From Aliarcobacter sp. (GTDB lineage Bacteria; Campylobacterota; Campylobacteria; Campylobacterales; Arcobacteraceae): 29,458 bases of DNA. The stretch's first letter is position 1. Every line of letters starts with the position of its first letter. Both the position numbers and the translations under genes were made by a program. The notes beneath the pieces were generated by a model. That model saw nothing but the letters and a program-made list of their open reading frames with translations, was not told where the DNA came from and searched no databases. Location of the stretch: NCBI GenBank assembly GCA_023268955.1, contig JALRJW010000176.1, positions 1 to 29,458 on the forward strand, given 5' to 3'. Shown in pieces: positions 8,393-16,861 of the stretch.

Positions 8393-9499
8393 TTATAATT
8401 TTCTTTCAAAATTATACATGTCCATATATTTAAAAGCTATGAGATTTTCTAAAATAGCAAATATTATAACAAAATTTATAAATGAACTTCCACCATATGA
8501 AAACATAGGCAAAGGCAAGCCTACAACAGGTGCAAATCCTATTACCATTAAGATATTTACACTCATATTTAGAAATATCAATAATGCTAATCCTGATGCA
8601 AAAACCCGTATGACATAATCATCTTTGTAGTAATAATTCATGGTTAATAAATGCATAATTATTAAAATATAAATAAATAATAATCCTAATGCTCCTACAA
8701 AACCATACCTTTCAACTAAATATGCAAAAATAAAGTCACTAGTTGCAATTGGTAAAAATTTCAACTGAGTTTGTGTTGCATTTTGACTATCTTTTCCTGT
8801 TAATCCACCAGAACCAATTGCAATAATTGATTGTTGAACGTGATAACTAGGTTTTTCAGAAATAAAATCAACAATTCTCTTTTTTTGATAATCTTTTATC
8901 AAATATGTATAAATAAATGGTGAAGATATTCCAATAACTAAAATAATTGTCGCCCAAATTCTCCAATTTACTCCAACTATGAATAAAATTCCATAACCTA
9001 CCAACAACATTATAAGTGCAGTCCCTAAATCAGGCTCTTTAGCAATCAAAATAAAAGGTAATAATATGTAAAAAGAGATGTGCATAAAATCTTTTAAATT
9101 ATAACCTTCAGCGGGTGGTGGTTTTGAATGAATCAAATACCCAAGCATCAAAATATAAACAGGTTTTATAAGTTCAGATGGTTGCATAGTAGTACCTAAA
9201 AATGGAACACTAATCCATCTTTTAGCACCTAATTTTGTTACACCCCAAAACTCAACAGCTAAAAGTAAAAATATACCAATCCAATATAAAACTGGTATAA
9301 GTCTTAGTTTTTTTCTAATGGGTAAAATAAATACCACAAAAAATGCAACAATGCTAATAGTAAAGTACATTAATTGTTTATTTGCTAATATTTCATTTGT
9401 TTCACTAATTAAAATATGAGATAGTAAAATCAATGGTAAAATATAAATAATTAATAAATAATCAAAATGTGAAATAATTCTTTTATCAATAAATCTCAT
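8393..9499 (-). CDS. rodA: Rod shape-determining protein RodA (SEDS peptidoglycan glycosyltransferase); start moved to ATG 9499
   Basis: GAKRWI, QPSELIK, EPDLGTAL, YQKKRI, YHVQQSIIAIGSGG, TSDFIFA...E, GLPLPMFSYGGSS. Confidence 0.95.
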   Translation of the reverse strand: MRFIDKRIISHFDYLLIIYILPLILLSHILISETNEILANKQLMYFTISIVAFFVVFILPIRKKLRLIPVLYWIGIFLLLAVEFWGVTKLGAKRWISVPFLGTTMQPSELIKPVYILMLGYLIHSKPPPAEGYNLKDFMHISFYILLPFILIAKEPDLGTALIMLLVGYGILFIVGVNWRIWATIILVIGISSPFIYTYLIKDYQKKRIVDFISEKPSYHVQQSIIAIGSGGLTGKDSQNATQTQLKFLPIATSDFIFAYLVERYGFVGALGLLFIYILIIMHLLTMNYYYKDDYVIRVFASGLALLIFLNMSVNILMVIGFAPVVGLPLPMFSYGGSSFINFVIIFAILENLIAFKYMDMYNFERKL

Positions 9500-9518
9500 G
9501 ACGAAAGAGTAGCTAAAA

Positions 9519-10505
9519 ATGGATAAAAATTTTATTGTAACGCAAGCCAATAGACTTGATAAGTTCCTTGCTTTAAATATTGACGCATCTAGAAATCAAA
9601 TTGAACAACTAATTAAAAAAGGTTTTGTAAGTGTTGATGGTAAAGAAACTGTTAAAACTGGTTTAAAATTAAAAGAAAATCAAGAAATAACCGTAATTTT
9701 TCCAGAAGCAGAATTAAATCCTCTTAAAGATGAAAAATTTGTGCAAGAATCACTTGAAGGAAAAGATGTAGAAATTATTTATGAAGATGATGATATTTTA
9801 GTTTTAAATAAACCTTATAATCTAACTGTTCATGATGCCCCAAGTGTAAAAGATGCAACTTTAGTTGACTGGCTAAAACTTAAAAACATTTCACTTTCAA
9901 CAATTAGTGGAGAAGAAAGACATGGAATAGTTCATAGGCTTGATAAGGGAACAAGCGGTGTTATGGTTGTAGCCAAAAACAATAAAGCCCATGAAAAATT
10001 AAGTGAACAACTTCAAAATAAAACAATGGGTAGATACTATCTAGCAATTATAGACTTACCACTAAAAGATGATATCATTGTTAATAAGCCTATAGGAAGA
10101 AATCCAAATAACAGACTTAAAATGTCAATACAAGAAAATGGAAGAGATGCTAAATCTGCTTTTGCAAAACTAAATCTAAGTAATAACGAAAATTTTGAAT
10201 TAATAGCTGCTAAATTATTTACAGGTAGAACTCACCAGATAAGAGTACATTTAAATACGATAAATAGGCATATTCTTGGTGATAATTTATATGATTTTAA
10301 GGGCGAATTAAATAAAATAAATAGATTTTATTTACACGCATATAATTTATATTTAACTCATCCATCTTCAAATGAACAGATGAGTTTTAAAGCTAAATTA
10401 CCAGAAGATATGAATAATTTTTTAGAAAAAAACTTTGAGATTAAGGAAGTATATGAACAGATATCTACAGACAATATTCTTAGGCGCTTCGATAGCTTTA
10501 TTTAG
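9519..10505 (+). CDS. rluD: RluA/RluD family 23S rRNA pseudouridine synthase with S4 domain
   Basis: RLDKFLA...SRNQIEQLIKKG (S4), catalytic VHRLDKGTSG, TGRTHQIRVH, LGDNLY, LHA. Confidence 0.9.
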   Translation: MDKNFIVTQANRLDKFLALNIDASRNQIEQLIKKGFVSVDGKETVKTGLKLKENQEITVIFPEAELNPLKDEKFVQESLEGKDVEIIYEDDDILVLNKPYNLTVHDAPSVKDATLVDWLKLKNISLSTISGEERHGIVHRLDKGTSGVMVVAKNNKAHEKLSEQLQNKTMGRYYLAIIDLPLKDDIIVNKPIGRNPNNRLKMSIQENGRDAKSAFAKLNLSNNENFELIAAKLFTGRTHQIRVHLNTINRHILGDNLYDFKGELNKINRFYLHAYNLYLTHPSSNEQMSFKAKLPEDMNNFLEKNFEIKEVYEQISTDNILRRFDSFI

Positions 10506-11739
10506 TACAGGATGTACTACAAACTTAAACAACGCATTTAATCCATCTTCTCCAAAAATTAATCAAACATTAGAAGTTGTTGATTTTGATTCAATAAGAT
10601 CAATTCCAGATATTGATTCTATTGCATTTGAATGGAAAAAAGTTGATGATCCAAATGTTATAGGTTATAATTTTTACAGAGCAAATATGCACAAAGATGG
10701 TAGAAAACTTATTTTAATAGATCAAATAAATAATAAATACATTACTCATTTTGTTGATAAAAATCTAGAACCAAATACTAAATATGTTTATCAAATTACT
10801 GCAAAAGCAAACGATGGAAGTGAGTCTAAATCAACTATAGCTTATACAGTTCAAACATTACCAAGACTAGAAGCAGTAAGTTTTGTTCAAGCTTTATCAG
10901 AACTACCTAACAGAATTAAACTAGTTTGGAGACCCCATGAGAATCAAAGAATATCTCACTATGAAGTTGAAAAACTAAATACTAAAGATAATAGATGGTC
11001 TAAATTAGCAAAAATAGACGGAAGACTTAATGTTGAATACATTGATTATAAACTTGATAATAATGCTACATTTACATATAGAATTATAGCTTATACTCAT
11101 GATAATATTGCATCTATGCCTAGTGAGCAAGTTACAGCTACTACAAAACCTTTACCATTAGCTGCAACAAATGTTATGGCTTCACAAGATCAACCTAAGA
11201 AAATTATTTTGACTTGGAACTTGTCTTCTACACCAGATGTTGTGAAATATGAAATTTTAAGAAGTCCTTTTAGAAGTTTAGGATTTAGTAAAATTTACGA
11301 AACAGATAGTCAAACAACAAATTTTATAGATATGATTGATGAAGATGGGAAAGAGTATTTTTATAAAGTTATATCTATAGACAAAGATCTATTAAAAAGT
11401 AAAGATAATTTAGATTCAATCAAAGGTATAACTTTAACAAAACCTGCAAAACCAATAATGACATTAGCTCAAATCCAAGGAAATAAAGCTATCCTAAATT
11501 GGAATGCAGGTGATAACAGAGCAATATCATATAATATTTATAAAGAGACTAAAATTGGTTTTTTTAACTCAAAATTAGAAAAATTTACAGATATTAAAGA
11601 TTTAAGATTTGAGGACACTGATATTATAAGTGGAGTTGAATATAAGTATACTATTCAATCAAATGATGAATATGGACTTATGTCAGAGCAAACAGATAGC
11701 GCAAATCTAATATTACCAAAAAAAGAGATACTTCAATAG
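10453..11739 (+). CDS. Fibronectin type III repeat lipoprotein (FlpA-like); start moved to ATG 10453
   Basis: SD AAGGA before 10453; lipobox FSTGC; repeated FnIII patterns (W...Y.FYR, D..LEPNTKYVYQITA, YTYRIIA, YKYTIQS). Confidence 0.85.
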   Translation: MNRYLQTIFLGASIALFSTGCTTNLNNAFNPSSPKINQTLEVVDFDSIRSIPDIDSIAFEWKKVDDPNVIGYNFYRANMHKDGRKLILIDQINNKYITHFVDKNLEPNTKYVYQITAKANDGSESKSTIAYTVQTLPRLEAVSFVQALSELPNRIKLVWRPHENQRISHYEVEKLNTKDNRWSKLAKIDGRLNVEYIDYKLDNNATFTYRIIAYTHDNIASMPSEQVTATTKPLPLAATNVMASQDQPKKIILTWNLSSTPDVVKYEILRSPFRSLGFSKIYETDSQTTNFIDMIDEDGKEYFYKVISIDKDLLKSKDNLDSIKGITLTKPAKPIMTLAQIQGNKAILNWNAGDNRAISYNIYKETKIGFFNSKLEKFTDIKDLRFEDTDIISGVEYKYTIQSNDEYGLMSEQTDSANLILPKKEILQ

Positions 11740-12939
11740 ATGCCTCATATATTTACAGAATCATTAAACTTAATAGATACTCCATCTTCAAAAGATGGAG
11801 TTGATTTTGAATTCATTGCTAAGTCATATGAAATTCAAGAACATAGACAAACAGAATATAAAATCTCAACAAAAATTAATAATAAACAATATCTTATTAA
11901 TTTTAGAGATAAAGGAAATAGTTTTTTATTAAAACCTGATTTAATTACTAGAATATCACCAGTAGGATTATTAAAAAAAGGTTTAAATGCATATGTAAAT
12001 ATTTCAAATTCCAATGTTATATCTTCAAATACATCAGATTTAAAGATAAAAAAAGAGATTCAAGATGAATATCTAAAAGATATTAACTATTTTGTTGATG
12101 ATTTTAAAACTAATAAAGAGATTCAAATTGAAGTTGGATTTGGTAGCGGAAGACACTTAATTCATCAAGCAAAAAAAAATCCAAATGTTCAATTTATAGG
12201 TATTGAAATTCATACACCATCAATAGAGCAACTATTAAAAAATCTTCATATACAAGGTATTGAAAACGTTTTAGTCGTAAATTACGACGCAAGACTTTTT
12301 ATGGAATTTATTGACTCAAATCAAGTTGGTAAAATCTTTGTTCACTTTCCTGTTCCTTGGGATAAAAAACCCCATAGAAGAATCTATTCTAATGAATTCA
12401 TAAACGAAGCGTTAAGGGTTTTAAAAATTGATGGAACTTTAGAATTAAGAACGGATAGCCGAAAATATTTTGATTATTGCGTTGAACTTCTTACAAATCT
12501 TCCAAAAGGAAATATTTCTATAGATATTAACAAAGATTTAGAAGTTTCTAGCAAATATGAAGATAGATGGAAAAAAATGGGTAAAAATATTTATGATGTA
12601 GTTTTAACTTCATTTAATGAAGATTTACCTAGAAAAATTGACAAAGACTTCTCTTTTGATGGAAAAATTGAAAACTTCGATTTAATAAAATTATTTGATA
12701 ATTTACCAAGAAAATCTATGGTAATGGATGGATATTTTGTTCATTTCATTAATACATTCAAAATTTTAAATGAAGAAAATTCAGGTTTAATTGAAGTTAC
12801 ATTTGGAAATTTTGATAGACCTGTTAGCAAATATATTTTAGTAAAAGATGGTAAGTTTTCATACTATCAAGGAAATCCTATTCCAACTTCATCAAATAAT
12901 ATTGCCCATAAAAAAATAAAAGAGATACTTTTTACATGA
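11740..12939 (+). CDS. trmB: tRNA (guanine-N7)-methyltransferase, long Campylobacterota form
   Basis: IEVGFGSGRHL, IGIEIH, FPVPWDKKPHRR, LELRTD, SKYEDRW. Confidence 0.93.
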   Translation: MPHIFTESLNLIDTPSSKDGVDFEFIAKSYEIQEHRQTEYKISTKINNKQYLINFRDKGNSFLLKPDLITRISPVGLLKKGLNAYVNISNSNVISSNTSDLKIKKEIQDEYLKDINYFVDDFKTNKEIQIEVGFGSGRHLIHQAKKNPNVQFIGIEIHTPSIEQLLKNLHIQGIENVLVVNYDARLFMEFIDSNQVGKIFVHFPVPWDKKPHRRIYSNEFINEALRVLKIDGTLELRTDSRKYFDYCVELLTNLPKGNISIDINKDLEVSSKYEDRWKKMGKNIYDVVLTSFNEDLPRKIDKDFSFDGKIENFDLIKLFDNLPRKSMVMDGYFVHFINTFKILNEENSGLIEVTFGNFDRPVSKYILVKDGKFSYYQGNPIPTSSNNIAHKKIKEILFT

Positions 12940-13598
12940 TTACAGCTAAGAATATCTACTTATCATATGATGACAATAAATACGTTATAAAAAAAGGAAA
13001 CTTTTTTGTAAAACCTAAAGAGTTTATTTTTATAGGTGGAAATTCTGGTAGTGGTAAATCTACTCTTTTAAAATCATTTTACGGAGAAATACCATTAAAG
13101 CATGGTAGTTTAAAAATTGATGGTCAAGAAGTATTTGGAATTTCTGGTCAAAAATTAAGACAGTTAAGAAAAGATATTGGAATTATTTTTCAAGATTACA
13201 AACTTGTAAATGAGTTTACAATTGAAGAAAATATTATGATTCCATTAAAAATAAATGGCTATTCAAATGATATTTGTAAATCACAAGCAGCTAAATTATT
13301 ATCTCACGTTAAACTATCTCATAGAGCTGGTTTTCATCCAAATGAACTAAGTGGTGGGGAACAGCAAAGAGTTGCTGTTGCAAGAGCTTTAGCTCATAAT
13401 CCAAAAATTATTATTGCAGATGAGCCTACGGGAAATCTTGATGATTTTTCAGCTGATGTTGTATGGAATTTATTAAAGGGTGCAAATGAACAACTTGGAA
13501 TAACAATAGTTGTTGTAACTCATAGAGTGCCTAAAAATTTAGGTATTAAATTTAGACAACTTTCTATTGAGGATGGTATTATATATGAAGTCTCTTAG
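12936..13598 (+). CDS. ftsE: Cell division ABC ATPase FtsE
   Basis: GNSGSGKST, IFQDYKL, LSGGEQQRVAVARA, ADEPTGNLD; upstream of ftsX and envC. Confidence 0.92.
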   Translation: MITAKNIYLSYDDNKYVIKKGNFFVKPKEFIFIGGNSGSGKSTLLKSFYGEIPLKHGSLKIDGQEVFGISGQKLRQLRKDIGIIFQDYKLVNEFTIEENIMIPLKINGYSNDICKSQAAKLLSHVKLSHRAGFHPNELSGGEQQRVAVARALAHNPKIIIADEPTGNLDDFSADVVWNLLKGANEQLGITIVVVTHRVPKNLGIKFRQLSIEDGIIYEVS

Positions 13599-14403
13599 AA
13601 ATTTTCTTGCTTTTTTAATTCCATTACTTTCAATGTTAGTTACATTTTCAATTTTTTTATTGATTACTAATGTAGTTAATAGCTACAAAGAAAAAATTGC
13701 AAATGATTATTCAATAGTAATAGTTGCTAACACACCAATTATTGAAGATAATTTTAAATCATTAGCTGGAATAGATGTGGATAGAATAGAAGCTCTAGGA
13801 AAAGAAAATATAATCAATAATATCAAAAGTAATTTATCAAAAAGTTCAGTTGATTTACTTGAGAAAAAGTTGCCATTTTTTTATCAAATCTATTTAGAAG
13901 AGTTTCCAACTTCTACACAATTAAATCAAATAAATAATGAATTAAATAACAATAGAAATATTAGAAATGTAGAAATATTTTCAAAGGATCACAATCAAAT
14001 ATATTTATTATTATTGCTTTTAAACTCTATTTCTTTCATATTGTTTTTTATTATTACAATTTTTGCTATAATAATTTTGGCTAAACAAATAAAATTATGG
14101 TTCCATGAACATAGAACTAGAATAACAATTTTAAGGTTACATGGAGCATCTATTATTTACAGTGCATCTTCAATTATTAATTATGCAATATTAAGTTCAT
14201 TTACTGCATTTGTAATTGTTGCTGGTTTTTATTATTACACTATAAATAATTTAGGTGTTCTTTTCCCTATTGAATTGCAAGAGATTCTAGTTGTGAGAAT
14301 TGATTATATATTTGACATTATTAAAATGTTTTTATTATCTTTTATAATTTCAATTTGCACAATTTTTGGAGTATTATTCAAATATAAGATAGACAATGAC
14401 TAA
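13585..14403 (+). CDS. ftsX: Cell division permease FtsX (start moved to ATG 13585)
   Basis: One TM, periplasmic domain, then three TMs with the ITILRLHGAS motif; between ftsE and envC. Confidence 0.88.
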   Translation: MKSLRNFLAFLIPLLSMLVTFSIFLLITNVVNSYKEKIANDYSIVIVANTPIIEDNFKSLAGIDVDRIEALGKENIINNIKSNLSKSSVDLLEKKLPFFYQIYLEEFPTSTQLNQINNELNNNRNIRNVEIFSKDHNQIYLLLLLLNSISFILFFIITIFAIIILAKQIKLWFHEHRTRITILRLHGASIIYSASSIINYAILSSFTAFVIVAGFYYYTINNLGVLFPIELQEILVVRIDYIFDIIKMFLLSFIISICTIFGVLFKYKIDND

Positions 14404-15706
14404 AAAAATATTTATTTCGACATTACTTAGTATTTCACTGTTAACATCAAGTACAATAGATACTAAAATCAGTAATAACAAAAAAATATTAAATGAAAAT
14501 AGTTCTATTGAAAACAAAACAAAACTTAAAATTAAAGAATTAGCTGCAAGAATAGAAAAGCAAAACAGTGATTTAGAAAAACTTGAAGCAGATATAAATT
14601 CCATTGATAATGATATTAAAAAACATGAAGATTTATTAAATCAATCTCAACAAAGACTTGATGATTTAAAAGAAAAATCATCATATTTAAAAAAACAAAA
14701 GACTCAAAATGAGTCTCAAATTGTTGACACTATAATCCAAGACTTTACAAGTTCTATTGCCCTAAAACTTGCATCAAAAATTAATTTAAAAGAGATGTTA
14801 GATAAAGAAATCTATACAATTCTATCTGAAAATTCGAAGGATGAAATTTTAAGACTAGATAATTCTTATGAATTAGTTAGTAATAACACTTTTAAAAACA
14901 AAGAAACCATAAAAAAAATCACTGACTATATAAAAGAAAGAGAAGATACTAAAAAGACATTAAATTCTCTTGTTCTAAAGCATACTTCTTCTTTGGAAAA
15001 CCTTGAAATTCAACATAGGGTATATCAACAAGAATTAAAAAAAGTAATTCAACAGCAAGAATCTTTAAAAGATCTATTATCTGAATTAAATATCTTAAAG
15101 AAAAAAGAGATTGAAAAAGAAAAAGATAGACAAGAAAAACTTGCAAAATTAAAGTTTGAAAGAGAAAAAATTGCAAGGCAAAAACAAGAAGAGAAAAAAA
15201 ATTCAAATTCTAAAATAACTACTGCAAAAGAAATAAATGATTCTTATGCTAATAATGTTGATTTAGATGATGTTAGAAAAATTGGATCATCTACTTCAGG
15301 AATTAAAATAACTAGATACAATGGTGATAAAACTATCGCTCCATTAAAAGATTTTGAAGTTGTGAAAAGTTTTGGGACATATTATGACCCTGTTTATAAA
15401 ATTAAACTATTTAATGAATCAATTGTTTTAAAAACAAAAGAGCCTAAAGCAAAAGTTGTAACTGTTTTAAATGGTAAAATAGTTTATGCAAAGAAAAATG
15501 CAGGTATGTTAGAAAATGTTGTAATTGTTCAACATCAAAATGGATTGCATACTATTTATTCTCATTTAGATGAGATTGCTCCAACATTAAAAGTTGGGAA
15601 ATGGGTTAAAAAAGGTTATGTTGTTGGAAGAGTAAATGATAGTTTGATGTTTCAAGCAACAAAAAACTCTTATCATATTAATCCAGAAGACTTATTTAGC
15701 ATTTAA
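14396..15706 (+). CDS. envC: Murein hydrolase activator EnvC (coiled coil + degenerate M23/LytM domain)
   Basis: Signal peptide, long coiled coil, M23 fold (NVVIVQHQNGLHTIYSHLD...VKKGYVVG) lacking the HxxxD and HxH zinc ligands; follows ftsEX. Confidence 0.85.
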   Translation: MTKKIFISTLLSISLLTSSTIDTKISNNKKILNENSSIENKTKLKIKELAARIEKQNSDLEKLEADINSIDNDIKKHEDLLNQSQQRLDDLKEKSSYLKKQKTQNESQIVDTIIQDFTSSIALKLASKINLKEMLDKEIYTILSENSKDEILRLDNSYELVSNNTFKNKETIKKITDYIKEREDTKKTLNSLVLKHTSSLENLEIQHRVYQQELKKVIQQQESLKDLLSELNILKKKEIEKEKDRQEKLAKLKFEREKIARQKQEEKKNSNSKITTAKEINDSYANNVDLDDVRKIGSSTSGIKITRYNGDKTIAPLKDFEVVKSFGTYYDPVYKIKLFNESIVLKTKEPKAKVVTVLNGKIVYAKKNAGMLENVVIVQHQNGLHTIYSHLDEIAPTLKVGKWVKKGYVVGRVNDSLMFQATKNSYHINPEDLFSI

Positions 15707-15726
15707 TAAAGAAAAAAAGAGAACTA

Positions 15727-15912
15727 ATGAAATATAAACATATTATTTTAATAAGTCTTATTACACTTATGTTTCAAGGATGCATTGTAGGTGATGTTGT
15801 TGCATTGCCATTTAGAGTTACAGGTGCAGTTGTAAATGTTGTTGCGCCCGATGCAGTTGGTGATGCAATCTCTGGAACGGGTGATGTTCTAGATGCAGCA
15901 ATACCATTTTAA
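15727..15912 (+). CDS. Small lipoprotein (DUF6726-like)
   Basis: Lipobox MFQGC followed by a Gly/Ala/Val-rich mature peptide of about 43 aa. Confidence 0.65.
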   Translation: MKYKHIILISLITLMFQGCIVGDVVALPFRVTGAVVNVVAPDAVGDAISGTGDVLDAAIPF

Positions 15913-15968
15913 CAAAATTATATTTTCAAATAAACTAAGGATATACTATTATTTTACATGACAAAAAC

Positions 15969-16826
15969 TTGCAAGAACAATTTAAAGAGTTCTGCAAAAA
16001 AAATAAACCCACAGATATAATTCAAGCAATAGAATACTTCACAATATTTGGTGGTTTAGATATTACTTTAAATCTAAATAAACCTATTGAGCAATTAATT
16101 AAAGAGAGTATCTTAAATCAATATGATGAATTAAGAAATGAAATCAATTCATACACAAAAGGATATCATGTTCATCATGCAATTTTAAGTGCTGCTGCTA
16201 TTGGGGATAGAAGAACTCATTCTACATTTAAAAAAGCACATGTTAGTTCAGAAGAAGGAATTAAGTGTTTAGAAAGTTTAACTGATTTAGGAATTGTTGA
16301 ATTAGAAACTTCAATGCATTACTTAACTAAGCAGAGAAATGATGATAGTATTTCTAAAAAAATCATCTTTACTACTCCATTTTTTAGATTTTGGTTTGCC
16401 TTTGTATCACCTATTTATAAAGGTATAAAAGAAGGAAATTATGAAGAGTTTGATACTTTATATGAGAATAATAAAAATGAGTTTTCAGACCATATATTTG
16501 AAGAACTTTGTTTAGAATATTTGGTTGAATTTTACAAAGAAGATGAATTAGTTAAACTAGGTAAATATTGGGACAATAATAGTTCTATAGATTTACTTGC
16601 CAAAACTAAATCAGGTAAAATTATAGCTGGTTCATGTAAATATACAAATACAAAAATTAAAAAAAATGAATTAAACAAATTAATGGATAATTGCAAAAAA
16701 ATTGGCTTAGAAGTAGACGTTTTTGTTTTATTTTCTAAAGTGGGATATTCAAACGAACTAAAAGCATTAAAAAATGATCAAATCAAACTTTTTAATGCTA
16801 AAAGTTTAAAACTTTTAATTGACTAA
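15969..16826 (+). CDS. DUF234 domain protein (winged helix + DUF234 + PD-(D/E)xK-like C-terminus), no N-terminal ATPase domain; start uncertain
   Basis: YFTIFGG, PFFRFWFAFV, FEELCLEYL, GKYWD...IDLL...GSCKY...F.LFSKVGYS..L; TTG start without an SD. Confidence 0.75.
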   Translation: MQEQFKEFCKKNKPTDIIQAIEYFTIFGGLDITLNLNKPIEQLIKESILNQYDELRNEINSYTKGYHVHHAILSAAAIGDRRTHSTFKKAHVSSEEGIKCLESLTDLGIVELETSMHYLTKQRNDDSISKKIIFTTPFFRFWFAFVSPIYKGIKEGNYEEFDTLYENNKNEFSDHIFEELCLEYLVEFYKEDELVKLGKYWDNNSSIDLLAKTKSGKIIAGSCKYTNTKIKKNELNKLMDNCKKIGLEVDVFVLFSKVGYSNELKALKNDQIKLFNAKSLKLLID

Positions 16827-16861
16827 AAACTAAATGAGATTTATTAAATCTCATTTAGTTT
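16827..16861. terminator. Perfect 17-1-17 inverted repeat, probable bidirectional terminator
   Basis: AAACTAAATGAGATTTA-T-TAAATCTCATTTAGTTT; ends in a T-run on the minus strand. Confidence 0.65.

Noticed and set aside
8394-8416. TATAATTTT/AAAATTATA inverted repeat at the rodA end
   Set aside because: All-AT 9-bp stem; too weak and too likely by chance to call a terminator.
8418-8618. 66-aa plus-strand ORF
   Set aside because: Shadow of rodA.
9500-9550. N-terminal extension of rodA (MACVTIK...)
   Set aside because: Would overlap rluD head-to-head; MRFIDKR at 9499 fits RodA better.
14374-15206. 76-aa and 85-aa minus-strand ORFs
   Set aside because: Shadows of the A-rich envC coiled-coil region.
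9519-15706. rluD-FnIII-trmB-ftsEX-envC as a novel system
   Set aside because: This order, and the long TrmB, are already known from Campylobacter and Helicobacter; loss of zinc ligands is normal for EnvC.
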